NCBI GenBank assembly: GCA_036149055.1
Contig: JAYZQJ010000094.1
Span: 1 to 16,364 of the forward strand
Direction: 5' to 3'
Source of the DNA: Myxococcota bacterium
Lineage (GTDB): Bacteria > Myxococcota_A > Polyangia > Polyangiales > Sandaracinaceae
Length of the DNA: 16,364 nt
This document shows positions 1-8,390 of the stretch, piece after piece. The notes under the pieces were generated by a model. The model was not told where the DNA came from. It saw only the letters and a program-made list of their open reading frames with translations, and ran no database searches. The position numbers and the translations under genes are program-made. Each line of letters starts with the position of its first letter. The stretch's first letter is position 1.

Positions 1-123
1 GCGAGGGCGGTCAGGCGTGCTCGGGCGGGACGAGGCGATGCTAGGGCATCGTCGAGGAGCGACCGGGCGCGCCTGGCCGCGGTCCCGCCCCGCAGCGCCG
101 GTGGTTTCAAACTGATTGCCGCT

Positions 124-615
124 CTAGGCGACGTGGGAGGTGTCGTCCACCGCGCCGAAGCGCGGCGTGCGACGCCAGACCCCGGACTCGTCGCCGTAGA
201 GGTCGCTCTGGTGGGGCACGCCGTCGAAGGCGAGCCCCATCCGGCGCGGGCCGTGGGTCGAGCGCCAGACCACGCGACAGGGGAAGACGTACTCCACCCC
301 GTCGCGCGGCGCCTCGATCCGGAGCACGACCCGGGTGCCCGGCTCCTGAGGAGCGGAGGTCTGCACGCAGACGCCGCCGCCGCTCAGGTCGCGGATCTCG
401 CCGTGCTCGAAGCCGCCGGGCCGCGTGAACTGCACGCGCATCGGCAGCTTCACCCGCGCGTGGCCGCGCCGACGCGGATCGGGCCGCTCGCCCATGAGGA
501 GCCGGTGGAGGCCCATGCGGCGCGCGCGCTCGCCCGCGTCGAGCGGGATGTCCAGGTGCCGCTCCTTGCTGGTGAGGAGCTGGTACGCGTAGATCATCTC
601 GAGCAGGTTTCGCAC
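124..615 (-). CDS. PilZ-domain protein (c-di-GMP receptor) with N-terminal helical extension
   Basis: Both PilZ motifs present: RxxxR (RGHAR) and DxSxxG (DLSGGG), followed by PilZ-like strands (CRVVW...MGLAF). GTG start with GGGAGG upstream on the minus strand. Confidence 0.88.
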   Translation of the reverse strand: MRNLLEMIYAYQLLTSKERHLDIPLDAGERARRMGLHRLLMGERPDPRRRGHARVKLPMRVQFTRPGGFEHGEIRDLSGGGVCVQTSAPQEPGTRVVLRIEAPRDGVEYVFPCRVVWRSTHGPRRMGLAFDGVPHQSDLYGDESGVWRRTPRFGAVDDTSHVA

Positions 616-776
616 GCCTCGCCTCCCTTCGACCGCCGCCGACCGGAGTCCTTTGCGAGACCCGTACCGGCGACCGTCACTCGCCCTTCATGGACGATCG
701 AGGGGCGAAAAAGTTTCGCGGCGTGAACGAAGGACCCTGGCTATGGTCCGGGCCCGGACCGAATTGTCATACCGGC

Positions 777-2099
777 ATGGACCTCTTCGACCACGCGCAT
801 GAACGCGACCTGGAAGGCGCGCCACTGTCCGAGCGGATGCGGCCGCGCACGCTCGCCGAGATGGTGGGCCAGCGGCACGTGATCGGCGAGCACCGGCTGC
901 TCGCGAAGGCCATCCGCGCCGACCGCGTTCCGTCGATGCTCCTGTGGGGGCCGCCCGGCACCGGCAAGACCACCCTGGCGCGGGTCGTCGCCCACGAGAC
1001 CAAGGGCGACTTCGTCCCCTTCAGCGCCGTCATGGGCGGGGTGCCGGAGCTGCGCCGGCTCATCCAGAAGGCGGCCGAGCGCAAGAAGCTCTACGGCCGC
1101 CCGACCATCCTCTTCGTCGACGAGATCCACCGCTTCAACAAGGCGCAGCAGGACGCGCTCCTGCCGCACGTCGAGAAGGGCACGGTGATCCTGATCGGCG
1201 CGACCACCGAGAACCCGTCGTTCGCGGTCAACGCCGCGCTGCTGAGCCGCGCCCGCGTCTTCCGCCTGGAGTCGCTCCCGCCCGACGCGGTCCTCACCCT
1301 GCTCCGGCGCGCGCTCAAGGATCACGATCGCGGCCTGGGCGCGCTCGCCGTGAAGGCGGAGGAGGGGGCGCTCGAGGTGATCGCGGAGCTCGGCCGAGGC
1401 GACGCGCGGCGCTCGCTCGACGTGCTCGAGCTGGCCGCGCGCGAGGCCGCCGCGTCGGGCAACCCGATCGACGAGGCGCTCGTGCGCGAGGCGCTGGCGG
1501 AGAAGACGCTCCTCTACGACAAGAGCGGCGAGGAGCACTACAACGTCGTCAGCGCGTTCATCAAGTCGATGCGCGGCAACGATCCCGACGCCGCGATCTA
1601 CTGGATGATGCGCATGCTCGAGGCGGGCGACGACCCGCTCTTCGTGCTGCGCCGCCTGATCATCTTCGCGAGCGAGGACGTGGGCAACGCCGACCCGCAG
1701 GCGCTCCAGGTCGCGGTCGCGGCCGACGCGGCGTTCCGCCGGCTGGGCATGCCCGAGGGGCTGTTCGCGATGGCGCAGTGCTGCACCTACCTGGCGAGCA
1801 CCGTGAAGTCGAACGCGAGCTACGCGGCCTGGACGGCGGCCCGCGAGGACGTACGAGAGCACGGCCCCTTGCCGGTCCCGATGAAGCTCCGCAACGCGCC
1901 CACCAAGGCGATGAAGGAGTGGGGCTACGGCGAGGGCTACCGCTACCCGCACTCCGAGGGCGGCCACGCGAGCGGCGAGACCTATCTGCCCGAGAAGCTC
2001 GCCGGGCGCCGCTACTACGAGCCGCGGGACGCCGGCTTCGAGATCAAGATCCGGCGTCGCCTCGCCCGCCTCCGCGGCGAGGAGGAGCCGGAGAGCTAG
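777..2099 (+). CDS. rarA: Replication-associated recombination protein A (RarA/MgsA AAA+ ATPase)
   Basis: N-terminal MDLF...PLSERMRP, Walker [10 protein letters not shown], Walker [21 protein letters not shown]-terminal [29 protein letters not shown] and GY.YPH. Start moved from 690 to ATG 777. Confidence 0.96.
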   Translation: MDLFDHAHERDLEGAPLSERMRPRTLAEMVGQRHVIGEHRLLAKAIRADRVPSMLLWGPPGTGKTTLARVVAHETKGDFVPFSAVMGGVPELRRLIQKAAERKKLYGRPTILFVDEIHRFNKAQQDALLPHVEKGTVILIGATTENPSFAVNAALLSRARVFRLESLPPDAVLTLLRRALKDHDRGLGALAVKAEEGALEVIAELGRGDARRSLDVLELAAREAAASGNPIDEALVREALAEKTLLYDKSGEEHYNVVSAFIKSMRGNDPDAAIYWMMRMLEAGDDPLFVLRRLIIFASEDVGNADPQALQVAVAADAAFRRLGMPEGLFAMAQCCTYLASTVKSNASYAAWTAAREDVREHGPLPVPMKLRNAPTKAMKEWGYGEGYRYPHSEGGHASGETYLPEKLAGRRYYEPRDAGFEIKIRRRLARLRGEEEPES

Positions 2100-2670
2100 A
2101 AGCCCAGTCGGCGCGCAGGGTGAGCCGGCCGGCCGATCCCTCGATGCGCACCACGCCGTCGCGCCCGGTCCGCTGGAGGAGCTCGGTGCCGTAGCCCTCG
2201 AGGAGGGCGTGCCAGAGCGGGGCGCTGCAGATGGTCTCGGGCGCGTCCGCCACCTCGTAGACGATGTGGTCGGCGTCGCTCGACCCGAGCACCAGGCGGC
2301 CGGCCCCGCGCATCACCGCGTCCCAGACGAACGGCGTCACCCGCATCAGCGCGCCCGGCGAGTGCGCGTACTGTCGCACCCAGCAGCGGAGGATCGGGGC
2401 GACCGCGCCGAGCTCGATCGCGGCCCGGAACCGGGCTCGACCGAGGGCGCGCAGGCCGGCGGGCCCGCGGTCTCGCCCCAGCACGTCGAGCAGGACGCGG
2501 TGCCCGGCGAACGAGACGAACGGCCGCGCGCCGGCGTCCTCGAGCCAGCCCTCCATCTCCGGGTCGGCCTCCAGCGCCGCGCGCTCCACCTCGGGCCAGC
2601 GCCCCTCGTCGATGAGGAGCCGGCGGATCCCGTTCACCACGGAGGAGGCGATCTGGGTGTCCTCGCGCAC
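2044..2670 (-). CDS. Hypothetical protein, resembles myxobacterial DUF2378/V4R/H-NOX-like proteins
   Basis: GTG start with GGGGAG RBS and protein-like composition. Helical N-half, then 'W....GAGRL...' and a terminal beta-strand ending in W (LTLRADW), a pattern I associate with this family. The last ~19 codons overlap the rarA 3' end. Confidence 0.65.
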   Translation of the reverse strand: MREDTQIASSVVNGIRRLLIDEGRWPEVERAALEADPEMEGWLEDAGARPFVSFAGHRVLLDVLGRDRGPAGLRALGRARFRAAIELGAVAPILRCWVRQYAHSPGALMRVTPFVWDAVMRGAGRLVLGSSDADHIVYEVADAPETICSAPLWHALLEGYGTELLQRTGRDGVVRIEGSAGRLTLRADWASSSPAPPRRGGGRGDAGS

Positions 2671-2733
2671 GTGCTCCCCACGATCAACGGCATGAACGGG
2701 AGCCGTGTCGAGTTGCCGTTCGGGGACAGCGGT

Positions 2734-3267
2734 TCAGGCCACGGTGTCTTCGCCGAGATAGGCGGCGAGCGCGTCGCTCACGCTGGTGAGGTTCGCGGTG
2801 ACCTGGCGCAGGAGGAACGCCTCCGCGGTGCGGGCCAGCGAGCCGGCGAGGAAGCTCGGGATCGCCCGGACCCGGTCGAGCTCGATCGAGAGCTCCCCCG
2901 TCATCTCGAGGCGGGTGCGGCCGCCGCCCAGCGCGATGAAGGCGCTGCGTCCTCGGCAGCGCACCGCGTTCCGGAACGCGTGGGGCTCGATCACCCAGTC
3001 GGCCGTGTAGGCGCGCTCGTCCCAGGCCGCGTGGTCGTCCCACGAGAGCACCCGGGCCTCGAGCGCGCCGGCGAGGGATGTCGGCAGCTCGGTCGCGCCA
3101 TGCCAGACGTTGTGCAGGTGCACGACGTCGCCCTGCGCCTGGCGGTCCACCACGTCGATCGATCGGACGTTGGGCAGGAAGGACGCGAAGGCCGGCAGGG
3201 CGTCGCGATAGGCGGTGAAGACCGCGTCGCGCGGGTGCCGGAGCACGGAGTCGGCCTCGATCCGCAC
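2734..3267 (-). CDS. START/SRPBCC (helix-grip) superfamily protein, DUF2505-like, putative lipid binder
   Basis: C-terminal 177 aa of track ORF 2734..4080. GTG 3267 lies 5 nt after the ATPase stop. Pattern strand-HPRDAVFTAYRD-helix, several strands and a long C-terminal helix fits the helix-grip topology. Confidence 0.75.
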   Translation of the reverse strand: MRIEADSVLRHPRDAVFTAYRDALPAFASFLPNVRSIDVVDRQAQGDVVHLHNVWHGATELPTSLAGALEARVLSWDDHAAWDERAYTADWVIEPHAFRNAVRCRGRSAFIALGGGRTRLEMTGELSIELDRVRAIPSFLAGSLARTAEAFLLRQVTANLTSVSDALAAYLGEDTVA

Positions 3268-3272
3268 TGGGT

Positions 3273-4208
3273 CTACGCCTCGAAGCAGGCGGCGAGGGAC
3301 TCGATCGCGGAGCGGCGGAACTCCGGCACGTGCAGCATGGGCAGCACGGTGCGCGGCAGCTCGGGAAGCTCCTCCTTGAGCTTGGCCATCGCGTCGCGTT
3401 GCGTCGCCTCCCGCAAAGCGCGCTGACGGCCGGCCATCGCGAGCGCGAAGGCGGGGGAGCCGTCCGCGAGCGCGCCGGGGAGCGCGGCGATCGGCTCCCG
3501 CTCGGCCGGCTTGAAGAGCTTCGAGAGCATGCTGTTGACCACGAGCGCGCCCACCGGCATCGCCACGTCGTCCCGGGCCAGCGCGGCTCGCAGCTCGATG
3601 GTCTCGTTGGCCGGCATGTCCTCGGGCAGCGTGACGAGCACGGCGGCGCTCCGGCGCGCGTCGCGGAAGAGCGCCCTCGCCTTCTCGGCCTCGTTCCGGA
3701 GCAGGCCCGGGGGCGCCACGTCGCAGATCACCTGCGGGACCCGGAGCATGTCGAGCGCGTGCCCGGTAGCGGGTCCGTCGACGATGACCAGGTCGTAGCG
3801 AGGACGGCCGGCCTCGTCCTTCTCCTCGGTGTGGAAGTAGGCCTTGCCGAGCATGGACCAGGCCTCGATGCCGGGCGTGCCCCTCAGGACCGCGGCGACG
3901 AAGCGGTTCTCGAAGACCGCCTTGTAGACGCTGCGGACCTTGAGGACCATCATGCCGTACTCCTCGAGGGCCACCTGCGGGGTCATGTTGACCGCCTCGA
4001 GGTTCGGCGCGACGCGCTGGTTGCGCGTGCCGATCGCGTCGACCTCGAGCAGGTGGCTGAGGCGCTCCTTGGCGTTGCACATGGCCACCAGGACGCGCTT
4101 GCCGCGCTTGGCGGCCGCGAGCGCGATGGCCGCGCTGACGGTCGTCTTGCCGACGCCGCCCTTTCCGGTGACGAACAGGAACTCGCGATCGAACAGCTCG
4201 GTCGTCAT
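3273..4208 (-). CDS. ArsA/Get3-family ATPase, single domain (AgmR/Rv3679-like)
   Basis: Deviant Walker A VTGKGGVGKTT, switch II YDLVIVDGPATGH, VTLPEDMPANET and VVN motifs. Start trimmed to ATG 4208. Confidence 0.9.
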   Translation of the reverse strand: MTTELFDREFLFVTGKGGVGKTTVSAAIALAAAKRGKRVLVAMCNAKERLSHLLEVDAIGTRNQRVAPNLEAVNMTPQVALEEYGMMVLKVRSVYKAVFENRFVAAVLRGTPGIEAWSMLGKAYFHTEEKDEAGRPRYDLVIVDGPATGHALDMLRVPQVICDVAPPGLLRNEAEKARALFRDARRSAAVLVTLPEDMPANETIELRAALARDDVAMPVGALVVNSMLSKLFKPAEREPIAALPGALADGSPAFALAMAGRQRALREATQRDAMAKLKEELPELPRTVLPMLHVPEFRRSAIESLAACFEA

Positions 4209-4218
4209 CGGCGCGCGA

Positions 4219-4246
4219 ATCCTATCCTCCGGGAGGGGCTTTTCAA
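4219..4246 (-). promoter_or_regulatory. Putative sigma70-type promoter for the ArsA-family gene
   Basis: Minus strand reads TTGAAA (4246-4241), 16 nt, TAGGAT (4224-4219), ending 10 nt before ATG 4208. Confidence 0.55.
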
Positions 4247-4330
4247 GCCCCCGGCCCGGCGCCCGCACGAACGAAGACGGCGGCGGGGCCGAGGGCCCCA
4301 CCGCCGCGTGCACCGGGTGTTCGCCAGATG

Positions 4331-5623
4331 CTACCGGCGCCGGCGGATGCCGAAGGCCGCGGCCGCCCCGAGCAGGGTGAGGAGCGCGAAGGCGCTGGCG
4401 GTGTTGCCGGGGCTGACGGTGCAGAGGCCGTCGCCGCGCCCGCCGTCACGCCAGCCGACGCCGGAGCCGGCGGAGCCGCCGCCGTAGGGGTCGGTGCAGA
4501 CGTCGCTGCAGACCGCGTCGGGCTGACGGTTGCGCTCGTTGGTCACGTTGATGAACGCGGGCAGGTCGCCGCCGTCGGCCGCCGCGAGGATGAGGTCCTC
4601 GCCGAGGTGCTCGACCGAGAGATCGGCGGTGAGGCGGGTCAGGTAGGGGCGCTCGAGCCCGCGCGAGGCGACCTCCCAGTCGTCGCGGGCGTAGTGCGGC
4701 TCGCCGGCGTCGTCGTAGGAGACGTAGCTCTCGAGCTGCCAGTCCTCGGTGTGCATCGCGTACTCGGCGATCCAGGTGCGGCCGTCGTTGGCGCCCGCGG
4801 CCACGTCGTAGAGCGCGTCGTAGTTGAACTGACCGGTGTCCCAGTCGTACCAGAGGGCGTCGCGCTCGACCTCGCCCACCGCGAAGTTCGCCGAGCCGTA
4901 GCGGCCCTCGGCGATGACGAAGAGCTCGAGGCCCACCGAGCCCTCGACGCCGGCCGCGACCATGCGGAGCGGGAAGGTCGGGTTGAGGCCCGGCATCGTC
5001 ACCCGCACCGGCTGCATCTGGTTGACGCCGTAGTTCGGCGACAGGCGGAGCACGGCGAAGTCCATGCCCTGGTCGGTGTAGTGGCGGATCGTCGGCAGGA
5101 TGGAGTCCGGCACCGCGTAGTAGTGGTCACGCAGCCACTGCACGAGCGCGTCCGGGTCCTCCGAGCCGATGGTGACCGTCTCGTAGGGGCCGATGCTCGC
5201 CTGATGGTGCACGGTGACCGAGCCGGCGTCGGCGCCGCCGCTCCGGTCGGACTCGGCGGCTCCCGCGAGGAACCCACCGCAGGGATCCGGGCAGAAGGTG
5301 ACGGGCGGGGTCGGCGCCTGGAGCGTGATCCGGGTGGTCTGCTCGAGCGCCTCGAAGAAGGCGTTCTCGGCCAGCTCGACCGGCGCGCCGTTCCGCACCG
5401 GGAGCACCCAGACGAAGTCCTCGGGGTCCCCGGCGTACTCGATCTGGTCCCAGAGGGTCGTCTGCTCCATCGTGAGCGACACCGCCATCTGGTGACGCGT
5501 CACCACCGTGGGGCTGCCCGTCGGGGCGAAGCACCCGCCGCACGCGGCCGCCGGCTGGGGCGCCGCGAGCCCCGCGAGCCCGGCCAGGCAGGCCAGGGCG
5601 CCGAATCGAAAGCTGTTCTTCAT
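4331..5623 (-). CDS. DUF2330-family exported protein with C-terminal MYXO-CTERM-like sorting signal
   Basis: GGAGG RBS before ATG 5623. Signal peptide ending AAA-CGGCF, then TTLWDQIEY.GDPEDFVWVLPV, IGPYET and PLRMVAAG. Gly/Ser linker, then GLCTVS, a hydrophobic helix and an RRRR terminus. Confidence 0.85.
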   Translation of the reverse strand: MKNSFRFGALACLAGLAGLAAPQPAAACGGCFAPTGSPTVVTRHQMAVSLTMEQTTLWDQIEYAGDPEDFVWVLPVRNGAPVELAENAFFEALEQTTRITLQAPTPPVTFCPDPCGGFLAGAAESDRSGGADAGSVTVHHQASIGPYETVTIGSEDPDALVQWLRDHYYAVPDSILPTIRHYTDQGMDFAVLRLSPNYGVNQMQPVRVTMPGLNPTFPLRMVAAGVEGSVGLELFVIAEGRYGSANFAVGEVERDALWYDWDTGQFNYDALYDVAAGANDGRTWIAEYAMHTEDWQLESYVSYDDAGEPHYARDDWEVASRGLERPYLTRLTADLSVEHLGEDLILAAADGGDLPAFINVTNERNRQPDAVCSDVCTDPYGGGSAGSGVGWRDGGRGDGLCTVSPGNTASAFALLTLLGAAAAFGIRRRR

Positions 5624-5813
5624 GCGTCCTCCGCTCATCACGCTCGGGGATACAGCAATCTCGGTGCCAGCGCCTCTCACGCCGGCCGAGTGGGGTCCCC
5701 GAGCGCGCAGCGGGCGAGATCGGGCGCGCCCGCCCGCCGGCTCGTGCCGCCGTGTGCCGCGCGTCACGTCACCGCGTCGACACGCCGCCGGCCGAGACGT
5801 ACGGTGCGCGGCG

Positions 5814-7526
5814 ATGTCGAACGCCGGACCGCGGAAACCCTCCTTCTTCGAGCAGCTCACCGCCTTCGGCGGCGTCTACTGGACGGCCAACTGGATGGAG
5901 CTGGTCGAGCGCTTCGCCTACTACGGCGTCCGCACGGTCCTGCCGGTCTTCATGGTGCTCGCGATCAGCGAGGGCGGCCCCGGGCTCGACCACGTCCAGA
6001 AGGGCTCGATCTACGCCATCTGGGCCCTCGTCCAGAGCTTCGTCCCCATCTTCACCGGGGGCTTCGCGGACCGCTACGGCTACAAGCTCAACATCGCGAT
6101 CAGCACGGTGCTGAAGATCATCGGCTACCTGCTGATGGGCTACTGCATCACGCTCGCGGAGATGGCGGCCGGGATGCCGCTCGCCGAGGCGCGGGCGGCG
6201 GGGACCGACCTCGTCTACGGGATCTTCTTCGGCGGCGCGATGTTCCTCGCGCTCGGCACCGCGGTCTTCAAGCCGGGCCTCCAGGGCCTGATCGCCAACC
6301 AGATGCCCAAGGAGGCCGCGTCGTTCGGCTGGGGCATCTTCTACCAGATGGTCAACATCGGCGGCTTCCTGGGCCCGCTGATCGCCGGCTACCTGCGCGT
6401 GCTCGAGTGGGAGTACGTGTTCATGGCCTGCGCCATCGGCATCTCGCTGAACTTCCTCCCGCTCTTCTTCTTCCGCGAGCCGGAGCGCGAGGACACCGGG
6501 CCGCTGGCGGGGCCGGGCGAGCTGCTGGTCGACGCGGTGAAGGGGCTGCTCGAGCCGCGCCTCTTCTTCTTCACCATCACCTTCGCCGGCTTCTGGCTGA
6601 TGTTCTATCAGCTGTTCGACATCCTCCCGAACTTCATCGACGACTGGATCGACTCGCGCGGCCCGGCCGGCGCGCTGCAGTCCATCCTCGGCGAGGGCGC
6701 GGTCCCCACCGTCAACGGCGGCAACCTCACCCAGGAGTGGATCATCAACGTCAACGCGCTGCTGATCAGCGTGTTCGCGTTCCTGGTCGGGTTCCTGACC
6801 GGGCGGCTGCGGTCGCTCACCGCCATCGTGGTCGGCATCGCGATCTCGGCCGCCGGCATCTACGCGCTCGGCGTGAGCATGAACGGCTGGATGACGCTCG
6901 GCGCGATCGCGCTCTTCTCGGTCGGCGAGATGATGGCCAGCCCGACCAAGATGCGATACCTCGCGAGCATCGCGCCGAAGGGCAAGGACGGCCTCTACAT
7001 GGGGTACGTCAACATGACGGTCGGCATCGGCTGGTCGATCGGCTCGGTGGTCGCCGGCGAGATGTACCAGGAGAACGGCGACAAGGTCGTCCTGGCGCGG
7101 CGCTACCTGACCGAGCAGGCCGGCGTGGAGGGGAGCGTGGTCGAGGCGCTCGATCGCGGCGACGTGATGGCGTTCTTCGAGCGCACCGTCGGCGTGGACG
7201 CGTGGGGCGCGCGCGAGCTGCTCTGGGAGACCTACGAGCCGCAGTCGATGTGGCTCGTCTTCACCCTCATCGGCCTCGGCTCCATGCTCCTGCTCGTCGT
7301 GTACGACCGCCTGACGCGCAAGGCGAAGGCCGACCCCTCCTTCTCGTTCAACACCCACGGCCACCTCTGGGTCCGCGCGCTCCTCGTCCCCATCGTGTTC
7401 GCGTTCGCGGCGGCCACCTACTTCTCGTACTCGCTGGCCGTGGCCGTGCAGCTGGTGATGTTCACCGCCCTCTTCGTCTCCAGCTGGTTCCTCCGCCCCG
7501 ACCCCGTCGAGCCCGACGAGGATTAG
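5814..7526 (+). CDS. MFS transporter, POT/PTR (proton-dependent oligopeptide) type
   Basis: ExxERFxYY motif (ELVERFAYYG), MFS motif A (GGFADRYG), FKP and FYQMVNIGG motifs, 12 or more hydrophobic helices. Start trimmed to ATG 5814. Confidence 0.88.
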   Translation: MSNAGPRKPSFFEQLTAFGGVYWTANWMELVERFAYYGVRTVLPVFMVLAISEGGPGLDHVQKGSIYAIWALVQSFVPIFTGGFADRYGYKLNIAISTVLKIIGYLLMGYCITLAEMAAGMPLAEARAAGTDLVYGIFFGGAMFLALGTAVFKPGLQGLIANQMPKEAASFGWGIFYQMVNIGGFLGPLIAGYLRVLEWEYVFMACAIGISLNFLPLFFFREPEREDTGPLAGPGELLVDAVKGLLEPRLFFFTITFAGFWLMFYQLFDILPNFIDDWIDSRGPAGALQSILGEGAVPTVNGGNLTQEWIINVNALLISVFAFLVGFLTGRLRSLTAIVVGIAISAAGIYALGVSMNGWMTLGAIALFSVGEMMASPTKMRYLASIAPKGKDGLYMGYVNMTVGIGWSIGSVVAGEMYQENGDKVVLARRYLTEQAGVEGSVVEALDRGDVMAFFERTVGVDAWGARELLWETYEPQSMWLVFTLIGLGSMLLLVVYDRLTRKAKADPSFSFNTHGHLWVRALLVPIVFAFAAATYFSYSLAVAVQLVMFTALFVSSWFLRPDPVEPDED

Positions 7527-7573
7527 CGGCGCGAGGCCTCGAAAGAGGGGGCGCTGCGCCTAGACTCGATGGG

Positions 7574-8341
7574 GTGGCGCTCCGTTTCCTCATGCCCCCC
7601 TCGGTCGGTGACGCCCGGGCGCACGCGCGGGGCGAGCTGCTGGAGCGCTCGCTCACCCGAGATCTGGGCGCGCCGGTCACGGTGGAGGTCGCGGAGAGCT
7701 ACGAGGCCCTTCGCTTCCGGGTGAGGGCCCACGACGTCGAGCTGGCCTGGATGCCGGCCGCCGTGTGCGCGCAGTGCCTCTCCCACGTCGCCGCGGTCTT
7801 CCGGGTCGTGCGCGGCGGCCGCTCCACCTACCGCTCGGCGCTGGTGGCGCGGCGCGACGCTCGCCTCTCGTTGAGCCGGCTGAAGGGCAGCCGCGCGGCG
7901 TGGGTGGACCCGCTCTCGCTGGGCGGCTACCTGCTCGCCGCCGATCATTTGCGCGAGCGCGGCATGCCGCCCGACGAGACGTTCGGCAGCCAGCGCTTTC
8001 TCCGGACTCACCCGGCCGCGCTCGCCGCGGTGCTCGAGGGCGAGGCCGACGTGGCCGCGGTGTCGGTGGCCGGGCCGGAGGAGGAGCGGGTCGAGGAGGC
8101 GCTCGGCCTCCACGCGGGGCGCGCGGGCGCGCTCGAGCTGTCCGCGCTCTTCGTCACCCGCGCGGTGCCGACCGACGCGCTCGCCCTCACCCGGGCGCTC
8201 GAGCCGGACCGGGTCGAGGCCCTCGAGGCGCGGATCGCCCGCGGCCTCACGTCGCTCCGGCTGGCGATGGAGGCCGAGGCGCTCGAGCCGGCCGAGCTGT
8301 CGGAGTACGCCCAGGTCGCCGCGCTGCTCGAGAGCGCCTGA
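7574..8341 (+). CDS. PhnD-like (phosphate/phosphonate) substrate-binding-fold protein, no signal peptide
   Basis: C-terminal part of shadow ORF 4328..8341: SYEAL...ELAWMP, YRSALVAR, LKGSRAAWVDPLSLGGYL, H.AALAAVLEGEADVAA and VPTD. Start is GTG 7574 or ATG 7592. Confidence 0.85.
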   Translation: MALRFLMPPSVGDARAHARGELLERSLTRDLGAPVTVEVAESYEALRFRVRAHDVELAWMPAAVCAQCLSHVAAVFRVVRGGRSTYRSALVARRDARLSLSRLKGSRAAWVDPLSLGGYLLAADHLRERGMPPDETFGSQRFLRTHPAALAAVLEGEADVAAVSVAGPEEERVEEALGLHAGRAGALELSALFVTRAVPTDALALTRALEPDRVEALEARIARGLTSLRLAMEAEALEPAELSEYAQVAALLESA

Positions 8342-8390
8342 GGCCCCGGGCTGGCGAGCGCGCGGCTCCGGGACTGTATCTCCGGCCGCG

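Noticed and set aside
34..53. Hairpin CGATGC-TAGG-GCATCG as an intrinsic terminator
   Set aside because: No U-tract on either strand, and the context is cut off by the window edge.
3273..4208. Arsenite-efflux ATPase arsA
   Set aside because: Single domain, no ars operon genes nearby and a non-canonical switch I, so the gene symbol is withheld.
4328..8341. 1337-aa ORF as a giant protein
   Set aside because: It is antisense to the DUF2330 gene and off-frame to the MFS gene, with Arg/Gly/Ala-rich shadow composition. Only the last ~255 aa (PhnD-like) are credible.
7574..8341. Phosphonate utilisation (phn) operon
   Set aside because: No phnC, phnE or C-P lyase genes, and no export signal.
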